This document shows, piece by piece, positions 34,566 to 46,300 of a stretch of 64,000 nucleotides of DNA (its first letter is position 1; the number at the start of each line of letters is the position of its first letter). The notes under the pieces were generated by a model. That model saw nothing but the letters and a program-made list of their open reading frames with translations, was not told where the DNA came from and ran no database searches. The DNA is taken from IMG/VR virus record IMGVR_UViG_3300046170_000289; one strand, 5' to 3'. Source of the stretch: a virus. Both the position numbers and the translations under genes were made by a program.

Positions 34566-36825
34566 AATGATAAGCTCCTTTAGTAGTTTTCTTAGGTAGT
34601 TTGCCACCTCTAGCTTTGGTGCCAGAAGTTTCACCATACCCTTCAGGATGTTTGCCTGCTTTCGTTTTACCGATAGAGTCGGACTTTGCTTTGCTGCCCT
34701 TTTCAGTATAGTGCAGTTTTGCTGATTTGTCCTTGTCCTTAGTGATCACGGATTCTTGCCCGTGCTTGCGTCCCATGCGACGCATAACTTTTCCAAATCT
34801 ACGCTTGCTCATCTTATCAGGTTTTGAGGTCTGATAGGACACTTCGCGTCCAGTTTCTCCACTGTCATACTTGTATTCGCCCACACCTTTTTTGTGACCG
34901 ATACCATGCTTCTTCAGATCCTTTTCGAGACCCTTACGTCCCTCACGATTCTTTTTTTCGTCAGACCCCCTGTCAGCACTGATATGTCCAGTGACTTGAG
35001 TCTTTGACTTCTGCATCATGCGAGCAGTAGCATTACCTTCTGAAAGGAATGCACCGAATGAAAGTGTAGTTACTTCCTCACGCTTGATACCACCGATCTT
35101 ATCGATAGCACGACCGATTGCTTTACCGATCTTATCGCGCTTACGCTCTTTCTTCTGAGGATCCTTAGAGGGAAGACCCGATGCACCTGCCTTCTTCAGA
35201 CGCTCATAAGAAGTGCTACCACTGGACTTGTACTTAGATGCAGCAGAAGACTTCTGACGCTTGGCATAGTCCATGTAGGACTCACCTTTCTTCAGTTTCT
35301 TAGGATCAGACTTTGGTTTTGCTGCATCAGCACGGTCTTCGCGAGCACGAGCATTAGCACCAGGACCACCCAACTTACGATCCTTCTCAGGATCTGGATG
35401 CCACATGTCAGCACGCTCAGCGATAGTCTCTTCACCCAGTCTGCGTGCTACGTTACGAGCACCACGAGACAAGGATCTTGCACCAGCACCAACTGCTTTC
35501 TTGATACCACGCTTCAGTTTGCTACCAATTCTGCTGAGCAGACCAGGCTTCTTAGGACCTGAATCGCTGCTGCTAGAAGAGGAGTCACTGCTGCTAGAAG
35601 AATCGCTGCTGCTAGAGGATGTAGTGGGATTAGAAGAAGTAGTCTCAGAATCCTTATCAGGGGAGGACGATTGGGTGGACTTGTAACCACTCTTAGCGGC
35701 ACTACCCATGTCTTTCGCGAGATTTTTCGCGTGTCCTGCTGCCTTACCAGCAACTTCAGCACCCTTAACAGCACCTTTGCGTGCCAGTTTAGCGCCAGTC
35801 TTAAGACCAGACTTCAGTGCAGACCCTACTTTCTTAGCAGCACTCTTAACCTTATCGAGTTTTACTCTACGGTTTGCTGCTTTTACTTCAGGAGTCCTGC
35901 TTGCTGCTTTAGATGAAGCAACTGCTTTATCGTAGTAAGAGTCAGAGACTTCAGTAATCAGGGACAGTGAATAGTCAACAGACTCACAGAGCATATCCGT
36001 GACGCTATCGATATTTCTACCTTCTGCCAACTCTTCAACAAAGACTTCTGCCACGATCTCTTCAATAAGAGTATCGCTAAGGAGTGAGATCTCCCAGTCA
36101 TTCATCTCTGCAAAGATGTCAACCTGATCGAAGACACTTTCTTTCTGCAGTTTAGCAGCACGCTTAGCAGCAGTCTTTGCCTTGATGCGCTCTTTAGCAG
36201 CATCTGCATCTTTCTTAGAAATCATACTCACTGCGCCAACCTTCTGGTCAACGTCACCAGGAGCATATCCTTCCGTCTCAACATACTGAGACTTGTCACC
36301 TTTGACTTTCTTATCTCCACGATTCATTTTGTGAAGAGATCTTCTCAGTTTACCGTGTGCCATTTCATTACCTTTGACACCAAACTTGCGAAGGTTTCTG
36401 TCTGCTTCCTTTTTCTCAGGAGATCCAGTATCAACCTTTGCTTCTACGTTGAGAGTCTTAGGATAATCCTTGTCACCTTTCTTAGCAGGTGCTTCACCAC
36501 GCTTACGCTTGGCATGAATATTATCCCAGAGACCTTTCTTACCTTCTTCCAGGTCAGTCTCTTCTTTCTTAGTCTTCATGATGGCACCCTTGCCATACTT
36601 AGCAGTGATGTCTGCCTTTACTCTGTCCATTGCAGAGGTGCCAGCACCATACTTCTTATCTGCATCCTTCTGCAGTTGGGTCTTACCCTTCATCTTAGGT
36701 TGAGTACCACCAGATCTAGGTTTGTCGCTACTAGCAGACCTCCAGGTCCCACGCTCTAGTTGGCGGTCCCTCATTCTGTCGTACTCTTCCTCACTGAGGT
36801 TGGAGATTTGGGAAAATGATTTCAT
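34558..36825 (-). CDS. 755-aa Lys/Gly/Ser-rich modular protein, putative gp21-processed internal head polyprotein
   Basis: Basic modules separated by (L/I/V)-x-E sites; acidic central block; internal LSFGAFLSE. Confidence 0.7.
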   Translation of the reverse strand: MKSFSQISNLSEEEYDRMRDRQLERGTWRSASSDKPRSGGTQPKMKGKTQLQKDADKKYGAGTSAMDRVKADITAKYGKGAIMKTKKEETDLEEGKKGLWDNIHAKRKRGEAPAKKGDKDYPKTLNVEAKVDTGSPEKKEADRNLRKFGVKGNEMAHGKLRRSLHKMNRGDKKVKGDKSQYVETEGYAPGDVDQKVGAVSMISKKDADAAKERIKAKTAAKRAAKLQKESVFDQVDIFAEMNDWEISLLSDTLIEEIVAEVFVEELAEGRNIDSVTDMLCESVDYSLSLITEVSDSYYDKAVASSKAASRTPEVKAANRRVKLDKVKSAAKKVGSALKSGLKTGAKLARKGAVKGAEVAGKAAGHAKNLAKDMGSAAKSGYKSTQSSSPDKDSETTSSNPTTSSSSSDSSSSSDSSSSSSDSGPKKPGLLSRIGSKLKRGIKKAVGAGARSLSRGARNVARRLGEETIAERADMWHPDPEKDRKLGGPGANARAREDRADAAKPKSDPKKLKKGESYMDYAKRQKSSAASKYKSSGSTSYERLKKAGASGLPSKDPQKKERKRDKIGKAIGRAIDKIGGIKREEVTTLSFGAFLSEGNATARMMQKSKTQVTGHISADRGSDEKKNREGRKGLEKDLKKHGIGHKKGVGEYKYDSGETGREVSYQTSKPDKMSKRRFGKVMRRMGRKHGQESVITKDKDKSAKLHYTEKGSKAKSDSIGKTKAGKHPEGYGETSGTKARGGKLPKKTTKGAYHYG
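35561..35617. repeat. Three imperfect 18-21-bp tandem repeats encoding a Ser/Asp run
   Basis: (ga)atcgctgctgctaga(a/g) units encoding SSSSSDSSSSSDSSSSSSDS. Confidence 0.7.
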
Positions 36826-36849
36826 TTCTAGTCTCTTTAATTAGTGTGA

Positions 36850-37383
36850 TCAACCACCAACCACTTGGACTTGCTCGACTACAACGTCGGCTCCTCCAGC
36901 AGTGAGTTTAACTGCACGCTTAAGTGCGGGGACAGTGCCTGCTGCAACCTTTGCGGTGCCCAGAGCATAATCAGCACTTGCTGCACTACTGTCATAGTCA
37001 GTAGTGATTGTGGTATTAGAAATTGCAGTTACTTTCTTACCACCAGATCCAGCAGATACAAAATCACTTGTAAACGCTGCATCACCGTTTGCTTCAGTTG
37101 CAATATAATCACCAACGGCAAACTTATGTGCGGGGGTGCCACCACCAAGGACGGTGATAACAGCAGTTGCTGCATCAGTCATCGCATTGATTTGTGCATT
37201 CTTTGCTTTACCGCAAGACAGGAGCAGTGCTTCACCTGCTGCAAGGGTTACGGCAGGACCGTCATCAATCTTAATTGTTGATGCGGATGCTGCATAGCAG
37301 CGGAGGACACCTGACTTCACCACAACGTAGCCATTGCCACTTGCAGAAATGGTTTGGGTGTCAATGACATTTAATACTGACAT
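36850..37383 (-). CDS. Conserved hypothetical protein, probably virion-associated beta-rich
   Basis: Ala/Gly/Thr-rich; GATAAATA late-promoter variant at 37408-37415. Confidence 0.7.
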   Translation of the reverse strand: MSVLNVIDTQTISASGNGYVVVKSGVLRCYAASASTIKIDDGPAVTLAAGEALLLSCGKAKNAQINAMTDAATAVITVLGGGTPAHKFAVGDYIATEANGDAAFTSDFVSAGSGGKKVTAISNTTITTDYDSSAASADYALGTAKVAAGTVPALKRAVKLTAGGADVVVEQVQVVGG

Positions 37384-37406
37384 TGTTAATACGTACTCCT
37401 ACGATT

Positions 37407-37862
37407 CTATTTATCGCGTTGTTGTTTTAGAAACTTGGCGAGATCTGCTGTGCTACCTACAAACATGGTATTGTTTGTAGTGTTAACTTCTTTAGATTTT
37501 TTGGGATTTTCAATATCGTTGACTTTCTTTTGAAGGTCTACGAGTTTATCCGCCACGTCGCCAACGTGCTTGATCAATTGACCAGCAACCTCAAACGCAC
37601 GAGGTTGATCGGATTGTTGTGCTAAGTCAAGAATTCCATCCACTGCTTCCTGACCTTTTTCAATCAAAGCATATAAATTACCACGAGTATACTCATAGTC
37701 CTTCTTCAGTTGCTCCCTTGTAGAAGTAGGATCTTCTACAGGCACAATAGGTTCTGGTTTTGCTTCAGGGACGATATCGCTAGAAACATCGAGTGCTTCC
37801 TCGATGCCGTCATACTTACTCGTCTTGTCCTGTGACTGGGTTGTAATCTTTTGCATCGACAT
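37407..37862 (-). CDS. gp16: Terminase small subunit gp16 (start uncertain: 37862, 37856 or ACG at 37823)
   Basis: DYEYTRGNLY, QPRAFEVAGQLIK and NNTMFVGSTADL motifs. Confidence 0.9.
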   Translation of the reverse strand: MSMQKITTQSQDKTSKYDGIEEALDVSSDIVPEAKPEPIVPVEDPTSTREQLKKDYEYTRGNLYALIEKGQEAVDGILDLAQQSDQPRAFEVAGQLIKHVGDVADKLVDLQKKVNDIENPKKSKEVNTTNNTMFVGSTADLAKFLKQQRDK

Positions 37863-38613
37863 AATGTGAAGTAAACTCGGAGAATCCAAAATCGTCTGTG
37901 GGATCCGCATTGAGTGGATCTGGTTGGACTGTATAACGCAATTCGCGTGGTGCCTGACGGTCCACATCGGTTGCATAGTCCACTTGGACTTTCTTGATGA
38001 CCTCGCCCGTTGCGTCTCCTATAGGACCGTACAGGTAGGTCTTAGCGACAAACTGTAGGGTATATACAAGTGTGCGACGAGTATCATAGTCACCCTCATA
38101 TTCATCACTATAATCTACTGATGTGAGGGTCACAGGATAGTCTCTCTTCTCACCAAGATCTGGGACCAGATTCATAGTGAGATTAAAACTTGGTTGGAAG
38201 TATGGAAGAATCTGCTCCAAGATCTGCAGGGAGTCGTCCTGATTCTTTGCGAGAATTGCTAATTCAAAATTGATATTATATGGCACTGGCATGAAAGACT
38301 TTGCCTCATTACCATCACTCTTGGTATTTCTGATCGCAGAAATAGGAGACAACTTTCTAGTGGGATCATAAGAGATACCACCGATCTCAAACGAAACTCT
38401 AGGGAGAGTAATCTGTGCCTGATCCTGTGTAGATAAGTCACCTACTTGGCGAAGACGTGCTAAGAATTTCTGCTTAGGACCGTATGCAAGAGGCACTTTC
38501 ATAACTTCAGTCTTCGATCCTTTAGTGCGACGAAGCTCAATGTTATTAAACAGTGTGCCGAATCCGACAACTGTCTTCCTTATAATTTCGTGATATGTGT
38601 AAGTGCCTAGCAT
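37816..38613 (-). CDS. gp15: Tail sheath stabiliser / terminator gp15
   Basis: FGTLFNNI, VPLAYGPKQKFL, LPRVSFE and QILPYFQP motifs. Confidence 0.95.
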   Translation of the reverse strand: MLGTYTYHEIIRKTVVGFGTLFNNIELRRTKGSKTEVMKVPLAYGPKQKFLARLRQVGDLSTQDQAQITLPRVSFEIGGISYDPTRKLSPISAIRNTKSDGNEAKSFMPVPYNINFELAILAKNQDDSLQILEQILPYFQPSFNLTMNLVPDLGEKRDYPVTLTSVDYSDEYEGDYDTRRTLVYTLQFVAKTYLYGPIGDATGEVIKKVQVDYATDVDRQAPRELRYTVQPDPLNADPTDDFGFSEFTSHYVDAKDYNPVTGQDE

Positions 38614-39494
38614 TACAGAGTGCCTCCAGAGTTACCAAACTCACCAAAGGGATTGCCCTCAGTAAAGTCAATGATTCCATCTGCCTGTGTTTCGATGGTC
38701 CAGTTGGTATCGATAGTGTCAGAAGTATTCACATTATTTAGGGTGTTATAGTTTGCACTTGTCCAGGATGCACTAGATGTATCTCCAGTGATAGTCTCAG
38801 GAATGGTGAATCTACCGTCACGATTGATGACGATTAACTTACCAGTAGCAGAGTCCCACGATTTAACATCAGCCGTGGTGTTGGAGGTACCGCCCGTAAC
38901 AGTCTCACCAACGGTAAAGTCTCCTGACCCACCTGCAGACATGGTGACGGTGATAGCGTTGGCAAAGTTGAGCTCGATAGCATCGACTTCTGCGACTCCA
39001 GTATCGAAGTCTTCGTCAGAGTATTCAAAGAGCTCACAACGTAAACCCCAGACATGAATTTTTCCGAGTTGATAGAAGGGAACTTCATGCTCGACGAATT
39101 GAATTTCAAAAGTTTTGTTAGCAAGGGGGAAATGTATGAGGTCTCCTTCATTTGGTCTTCCTTCTACTATAAGTGTTGCATTGTCGTCTACTGCTTGAGT
39201 AAACCTAGCGCGTGAAATAATGAATGTAACTTGGTCGGAGATTCTGACTCCGAATTTGCTAAACATGTCGCCATCGCCTCGAAAACCGTTTGCGTCTTCG
39301 ACGTATGCTTCGATAAGATGTGCGCCATTGAATGATGATAGATTATCCTCTCCAAAAACAGTATCTTCATTAACTAACGTCCTCGGTATATAGTAAACAT
39401 CTTTACCGAACATCTTGATCTGCTCAATGACAAGGCTTTCCACCATGTCTTGCTCGCCTGTTGTGCCCTGAGTGAAGTAACTGTTAGTAGCCAT
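38613..39494 (-). CDS. gp14: Neck protein gp14
   Basis: YYIPR, RPNEGDLIHFP, EHEVPFYQLGK and NPFGE motifs. Confidence 0.95.
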   Translation of the reverse strand: MATNSYFTQGTTGEQDMVESLVIEQIKMFGKDVYYIPRTLVNEDTVFGEDNLSSFNGAHLIEAYVEDANGFRGDGDMFSKFGVRISDQVTFIISRARFTQAVDDNATLIVEGRPNEGDLIHFPLANKTFEIQFVEHEVPFYQLGKIHVWGLRCELFEYSDEDFDTGVAEVDAIELNFANAITVTMSAGGSGDFTVGETVTGGTSNTTADVKSWDSATGKLIVINRDGRFTIPETITGDTSSASWTSANYNTLNNVNTSDTIDTNWTIETQADGIIDFTEGNPFGEFGNSGGTL

Positions 39495-39495
39495 C

Positions 39496-40299
39496 TTATC
39501 CGATCATGTCTAGAGGTGGTAATTCCCATTCGGTGCGTAGTTGCTCATCTAAATTCTTGAGCTCATCTACAGCATCGTTATAAATCATTTCACCATTTAG
39601 AGTCACGCCACCAGGCATTTGGACTCCAGTAAACTTGGTAAGATTACTTCCCCATTGTTTTTTAATCTTAGCGGAAGCATAATCCTTAACCCACATAGCA
39701 TTATAAATCTCTGGCCATGTGTCAGGATCCAGAGCACGATATGCCTTGATAACAATATACTGATCAAGCAAAGCATCTGCCTTCCAGTCAAAGTCAATAT
39801 ACAGTCTGTCTTGGACAGCACTATATCTGACTGGTTTCATACCTTCCAACAGGAAGTCGATAGTTTCCAGGTGCTGCTGAATCATGTAGTAATGATAAAA
39901 CTGTGTAGACGTAAAGTCATACAAGTCATTCAGTCTCATCTGATAACGAATATCAAACATGTTTCTGGTGCCCTTATCGGTAAAACCGAAGAGACCTTCC
40001 ACTGAAAGAATGTGCTCAGGGATCTCAATGTAGTTACGATACTCAGACCAGATGTCACCAGTAGCACCGTCGCCAGTTGTGTTAGTGACGAGTTTTGCTC
40101 TGTCAATAACATCCTGAGTCAACTGATGCTTAAGGTAAACCTTCTCACATCCATCGTAATGAAATTGTTGGAATTTTTGCAGTGTATAATCGATAGCATC
40201 ATCAATCTGATCATCGGAGACATTGATCTCCAAGACTGGTTTACCCAGTCTACGGAGGCAGTACTCCTTCAATTCTGCTTTAGTGGTAGGTTTTGCCAT
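39496..40299 (-). CDS. gp13: Neck protein gp13
   Basis: YCLRRLGKPVLEINV, KKQWGSNLTKF and MPGGVTLNG motifs. Confidence 0.95.
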   Translation of the reverse strand: MAKPTTKAELKEYCLRRLGKPVLEINVSDDQIDDAIDYTLQKFQQFHYDGCEKVYLKHQLTQDVIDRAKLVTNTTGDGATGDIWSEYRNYIEIPEHILSVEGLFGFTDKGTRNMFDIRYQMRLNDLYDFTSTQFYHYYMIQQHLETIDFLLEGMKPVRYSAVQDRLYIDFDWKADALLDQYIVIKAYRALDPDTWPEIYNAMWVKDYASAKIKKQWGSNLTKFTGVQMPGGVTLNGEMIYNDAVDELKNLDEQLRTEWELPPLDMIG

Positions 40300-40305
40300 T
40301 TGTTA

Positions 40306-43300
40306 TCAGAGAGCAGCGATTGCAGCCTTGAATGCTGCGAAATCAGCAGCACCCGCAGCGACGGACTTGAGGGTTGTGAGGGTAATAGTCTCTGCTTGTA
40401 GTGCAGAGTCAGCAGTTGCACCTTGTGCAGCAGTAGCAAAGTCACCTGTAGCAGCTGCAGCAGCAGTGCCCAGTGTAGGAGCACCAGATAGGTCTCCATA
40501 AGCGCCAGAGAATAATGTAGGTTTGCCAGTCAGGTCAGCATATGCTCCAGAGAAGAGCGAAGGCTTACCAGTCAGATCTGCATAAGCACCCGAGAAGAGT
40601 GTAGGCAGGTTACCAAGATCATTGTAAGATCCACTGGTTGCTACAGTAGACAGATCTCCTGGTTGTGTAGCGGAGTCTGCCAAAGCACCCTGTGCAGAAG
40701 TTGCATAGGCAGTTGAAGCAGTGACGGCAGCAGATCCCAATCCAAGAGTGGCGCGAGCAGCAGCGGCATCAGCATCATCAACCAAAGTAAGACCGAAGGC
40801 ACTTACTTCAGATGCATCAAGTTTTCCAGTGATACCAGCAACAACACGAGCATCAGCACGAGCGTTGGTGTAGTAGAGGTTAGTCCCCTCTGCTAGGTCA
40901 CTCGTAGACTGGTTGCTCAGGTCAAGGTTTGCACCAACTTGGAGTCCGATACGAGTATCAGCAAGTCCATTTACCTCAGCGTCAGTGCGCTCAGTGAAGG
41001 AGAAGACACCAGTAGAAGCGTTATAACCGAGGTCGCCACTAGCAGACAATGCACCACGAGTGCGGGAGTTTGTAACGAAGAGATTGGTAGATCCTTCTGT
41101 GAGGTTGTCTGTATTGATGTCCGACTGAGTAACAGTAATAGTGCCACTACCGTCATGCTCAATACCGTTACCGTAAGTAAATGCATTTCGTGCTCTCGCT
41201 TGTGTGAAGTAAGAATTGCTAGACCCTTCTACAACTTGATCAGTTGTATACTCACCGAAGTCAACAGACAGGGTGAGGAGGTTTCCAGCATCATTATAGG
41301 TAGCATCGATACCTGTGCCACCTGCAACCAATGCAGCGACACGATCATCCACTCTCTCGTTAGTATAGTAGAGGTTTGTGCTTCCCTCAGTCAGAGCGTC
41401 AGTATCGTGGTTAGCGATACTACCAACCTGTGACTGGAAGAAGGTCAAAGCACCAGTAACATTCAAGTTACCCTGAATCTCAAAGTCAGTAATTGACTTA
41501 AAGTTAGTAACCTGAAGGGTGTTAGTGCTTGGGTTGTATGTAAGGTTTTGTGAGTCTGTGCGGACCTCAGTGTGCCCAGACGTTGCAGAAACAAACGTTG
41601 GGAAGTAAGTCAGGTTAGAAGTTGCTGTCTCAGTAACGTCAACCAGATTTGCTTTGTCTGAAGTACCTGTAAGGTCACCAGTAACGTTACCAGTAATCTG
41701 TCCAGTAACACCCAACGTGCCACCCATGGTGGTGTTGTTAGTGACTGCCAGAGTGCCCAGAGTAGAGGTGCCTGTGATCTCTGCATTACCAGAAGTGGAG
41801 TGCAGGGTGATCTTGTCAGTGCCACCACCATTCTGCAACTTGATAGTCTTAGAAGCACCACGGAGGACAACGTTGTCCTTAAACAGTGAGGTGCTATCGA
41901 CAGTCAACGTGCCGTCTAGTTGCTGATTACCATCAACATTCAGATCAGAATCAAAGTCAACATTCTGTGTAACTTGCAGAGTATCATCAATGATTGTCCT
42001 GCCTGCAACGTCTAAGGTGCCAGCAACGGTAACATTACCAGTTGATCCCTGGACAATAAACTTGTTGGTGTTGACGAGGATCGATCCACCAACGTTAACG
42101 TTAGAAGTTGTGTTAACAGTAGCAATGTTTGCTGTAGTAGCAGCAACTGTAGCAGAGGTGATTGTGCCGTCTGCAGTGATGTTACCTGTAGCACCGAAGA
42201 GGGTGATGGTTTCATTCTGGTCAGGACCAATAAAGATATCCTCACCGAAGTAAGAATCTTCATAGACTGCGATACCACCGTTGGGGACCATCAATGCTGC
42301 GTTAGCAGTCAGACGGTTAGCAGTAGCGTTAACGTTAAGTGTGACCTTCTCAGCAAATGCAGCAGTGTTAGTGACTGCCAGTGTGCCTGTGATACTACCG
42401 TTACCAACAGTAGAGAAGTTACCAGTTGCAGAGGCAACGGTAAACTTATCAGTAGTGCCAGAGCGGACAGCGAAGTCAGCATCAACATCTACAATACCAT
42501 TCAACTCTGTGCGTCCACCAACAGTCAGTGTGCCAGAAGTATCCTGATTACCATTGTGATCAATGTTATCGTTGACAGTTAGCAGACCTTCGATCTGAGT
42601 TGTGCCAGCAATATAGGTGTTACCGTTATCAGTATCAACAGTGAATCTGTCAACCAGTGAAGATCTGATTACAAAGTTTTCGTTAGTGGCATCAACCAGC
42701 AGAGTGTCATTGACAGTCACCTGATCAGATACGACCAGAGTGCCGCTGACTGTAGCATTGTCAGTGATGTCTACTGATCCACCAGCAGAGTCAAGGACAA
42801 GGTTACCAGCAGTGGTATCAATCTCGTTAGAAGCAGCAACACCAATTCTTACAGCATCAGCAGTGATGTCTGTAGAAGTGATAGGAGCGTTAAAGGTTGA
42901 CGTTGCATTAACTGTCAGAGTATCGCCAGAAGCGTCACCCAAAGTTGTATTGCTATCTACCTGAAGATTACCATCAACCTCAGCGTTGTCTGTGATATGG
43001 ACTTTACCATCAGCAGAGTCAAGGATCAGGTTACCAGCAGTTGTGGAGATTTCAGTAGCACCATCAACGCCGATCTTGATGTTATCCGCTGTGATATCGG
43101 TAGAAGTAATCGCTTGATTAAATGTAACCGTGCCAGTAACGATGTGGTTATCTCCTGCCTGGTTGCCAATAGTAGCATTACCATCAACAGTAAGAGTGCC
43201 ATCGATCTGAGTATTGCCATCAACATTAAGGTTACCGTCTACATCAGCATTGTCTGTGATGTTGACAGTGCCGCCTGCAGAATCAAGAATCAAATTACCT

Positions 43301-46300
43301 GAGGAGGTGCTGATCTCGTTAGCAGCATCCGTAGCAACCTTAAGGTCGCGAATGTTAAGTCTCTCAGCAGCAGTCAGTGCTTGGTTAAACTGGACTGTGC
43401 CGTTAACAGTATGAGAGTCACCTGACTGGTTACCAATCTGTGCGTTACCATTGACATTGAATGTGCCGTTGGCAAACGTATTACCAGTCTGTGCATCTAC
43501 AGTAAATGTAGTGGAAACTGCGAAGTCATCGGTAACATCCAGTGTGCCAGTAATCCCAACGTTACCCCCGAAGGAGCCATTGTCGGTAACGACCAGATCG
43601 TCGCCAACATAAAGATCAAGACCGATACCAACGCCACCGCCAACGATGAGAGTACCAGAAGAAGCATTGGTTGCATTTGTTGTATCAAATAGTTTAATAG
43701 ATCCAGCGTCAAGACCTGATCTTGTGCCGTTGAATGCTTCACTGCTATTGGTTGCATTATGGTAGAGAGCATAACGCGAAGCGGAATTATCCCAACCAAA
43801 GAAACCAACACGGGCAGTCGTATCGTAGTATCGGAATTCGATACCACGATCTTTAGCATCCGACTGGGTAGGAGCAGTGTCCCCACCTAAAGTAATGACG
43901 GGATCATCCAACGTCACTACTGTGCTATTTACTGTAGTCGTAACTCCGTTAACTGTCAAGTTACCTTCGATAATGGCATTGCCATCGATGTCGAAGTTAC
44001 CATTGATAGTAACGTTATCAGTAAATGTGGAGACAGCGTTAACTGTCAATACATCAGTGTTTGCATCACCGATGGTAGTCAGAGGACCATTGATTGTAAA
44101 TTGCTCGTTAAACGTAGCATAACCATGGACAACGATAGCACCATCAGTAGCGTTACCCTGACCCACACGACCGATGGTTGTATAACCAGACTCACCAAGG
44201 ATAGAGAATTCAACGTTATCATTAGTGGCGACCTTACCAACGTAGAAGTCATCACCAACATGCAGGTCTTGGACAATACCAACACCACCAGCAACTCTCA
44301 GTTGAGCGTCAGCATCATTAGCAAAGGATGCGTTGTGTGCTGTGCCACCACCCATATAGGTGCGATACAGGACATCAACGTTATTAAGCAGGGAAGGACG
44401 GGTGCGAGCAGTGCCAGCATCCTTGACGACCAGACGGTCTGCCAGATAGATGTCACCACCAACACGGAGATCCTTATCCATGTTGACGCCACCAGCGAAG
44501 GTAGCATTACCTCCAGTGCTTAGGGTGATGTCAGAATCAGTCTCACCAATAACGATGTTGTTAGTGCGCTCAAAAGTGTTGACGCCGCCAACATTAAGAC
44601 TACCTTCGATATCTGTATTGCCATTCGTGCTCAGGATACGGAACGTTTGATTGCTGCCATTGGTAATAGTGAAATACTTACCAGTGACATCCATTAGGAA
44701 GTCATTGTGGAAGACCACATCATCATCGACATCCAATTCAGCATTGAATGTTACGTTGCTATCAACATTAAGAGTTGAATCAAAGTCAACACCTTGGACT
44801 ACATGTAGTGTCCCTTGGATATCGGTGTTACCATTATCACTGTCAACAGTAAACTTATTGACTGATCCAGCAGTGCGGATAATAAATTCTTTGTTATCAG
44901 CAGTGATGATGAGATTATCTGTAATCTCAGTCTCAAGTTGAATGTCCAGGGTGCCTTCGATAACAGTGTTACCAGTTGCACTCTCGACAGTAAACTTATC
45001 AGTGGTGTTATTTCTAACAGCGAAGTTGGCATCAATGTCAACTGTGCCGTCAATCTCAACGTTACCATTCAGGTGAGTCGTGCCACCGACGTTAAGATTC
45101 TCAGAGATACCTGTGCCACCAGTCACCACCAAGGTGCCAGTTGCAGGTGTCTTCCAAGTAGAAGAAGTGTTTGTGGTTAGTCTGAGGTTACCAGCAATGA
45201 TAGGAGCGTCAGTGCCAGCGTAAACTTCAGAGGTGTTAGTCGCGTTGTAGAGGAACCTATACCCGCCAGTGCCAGACCAAATGTTAGAGTCCGCATAATC
45301 TTCGTCCCAACCATAGAATCCGAATCGCTCTTGACTATCATAATACCTAAATTCAATACCACGGTCTTTATTGTCATCTGTTGTAAGAGTATCCTCACCA
45401 CCCAGTGTCATGATGGGGTCTTGGATAGTCACAACAGTTGAGTTAACAGTGGTTGTAACACCATCAACTGTCAGGTCACCACGGATACGGACTGTGCCAG
45501 TAAGGTCATCGTCATCGTTAGGATCCAACACCATGATGGCATTGGTTGTAGAGATGACATTATCTTGAATATGGAAGTCTTCGATGTTGACTCTATGGTC
45601 AACGTCAGTAACCAAGATAGTGATGTCCTGATCAGCAGTCAGGTTGAAAGTTGCATCTCCAGCACCAGCATTGGTGACGTTGATGTCCATGGAGCGGTTT
45701 GTCGCTTCATTAACTTCCAGAGCAATCTCTAGATTTCCCGAGGTTCGCTTAATGAACTGGTCGGCTTTTGTAACATCAAGAGTAATGTTACCACTGATGG
45801 TAGTATCGAGGTTAATGTCAACAGCACCAGTGAGAGATGATCCACTGGTGGCACTACCGTTACCGTTAGCGTCGTCAGCAGTAATAGCAGGATAGGAATT
45901 ACCCTGACCCAAAATTCCAGGTTGGAAAGGATACTCACCAGTATCGTAACCAACGATACGGAATACGCTACCGCCAGTTCTGTTGTTAACGTTAATATGA
46001 TTAAGCTTGGTAATGCCATGATAAGCATTATCAGTCGTCCTTTCGGGGTCCAGCTCAAAAGTTTCAGTAGCATCTTGATCCGTAAACATCAAACGACCCA
46101 GTGACTGTAACTGGGAATTTTCAATGGCGTTAGCCGCAATCGTTACATGACCGTTGGCATCTACGTCGAAGTCTTCCTGGTCGAAACTCGCAAGACCCTT
46201 TTGCTCGACGGTATCAGTACCCAGATCTCTCCATCCACCTTGATCGTCTGCATCACCATTTTGGATGTTGTGTGCTGGCTCTCCGAGTCCTGCACCGATA

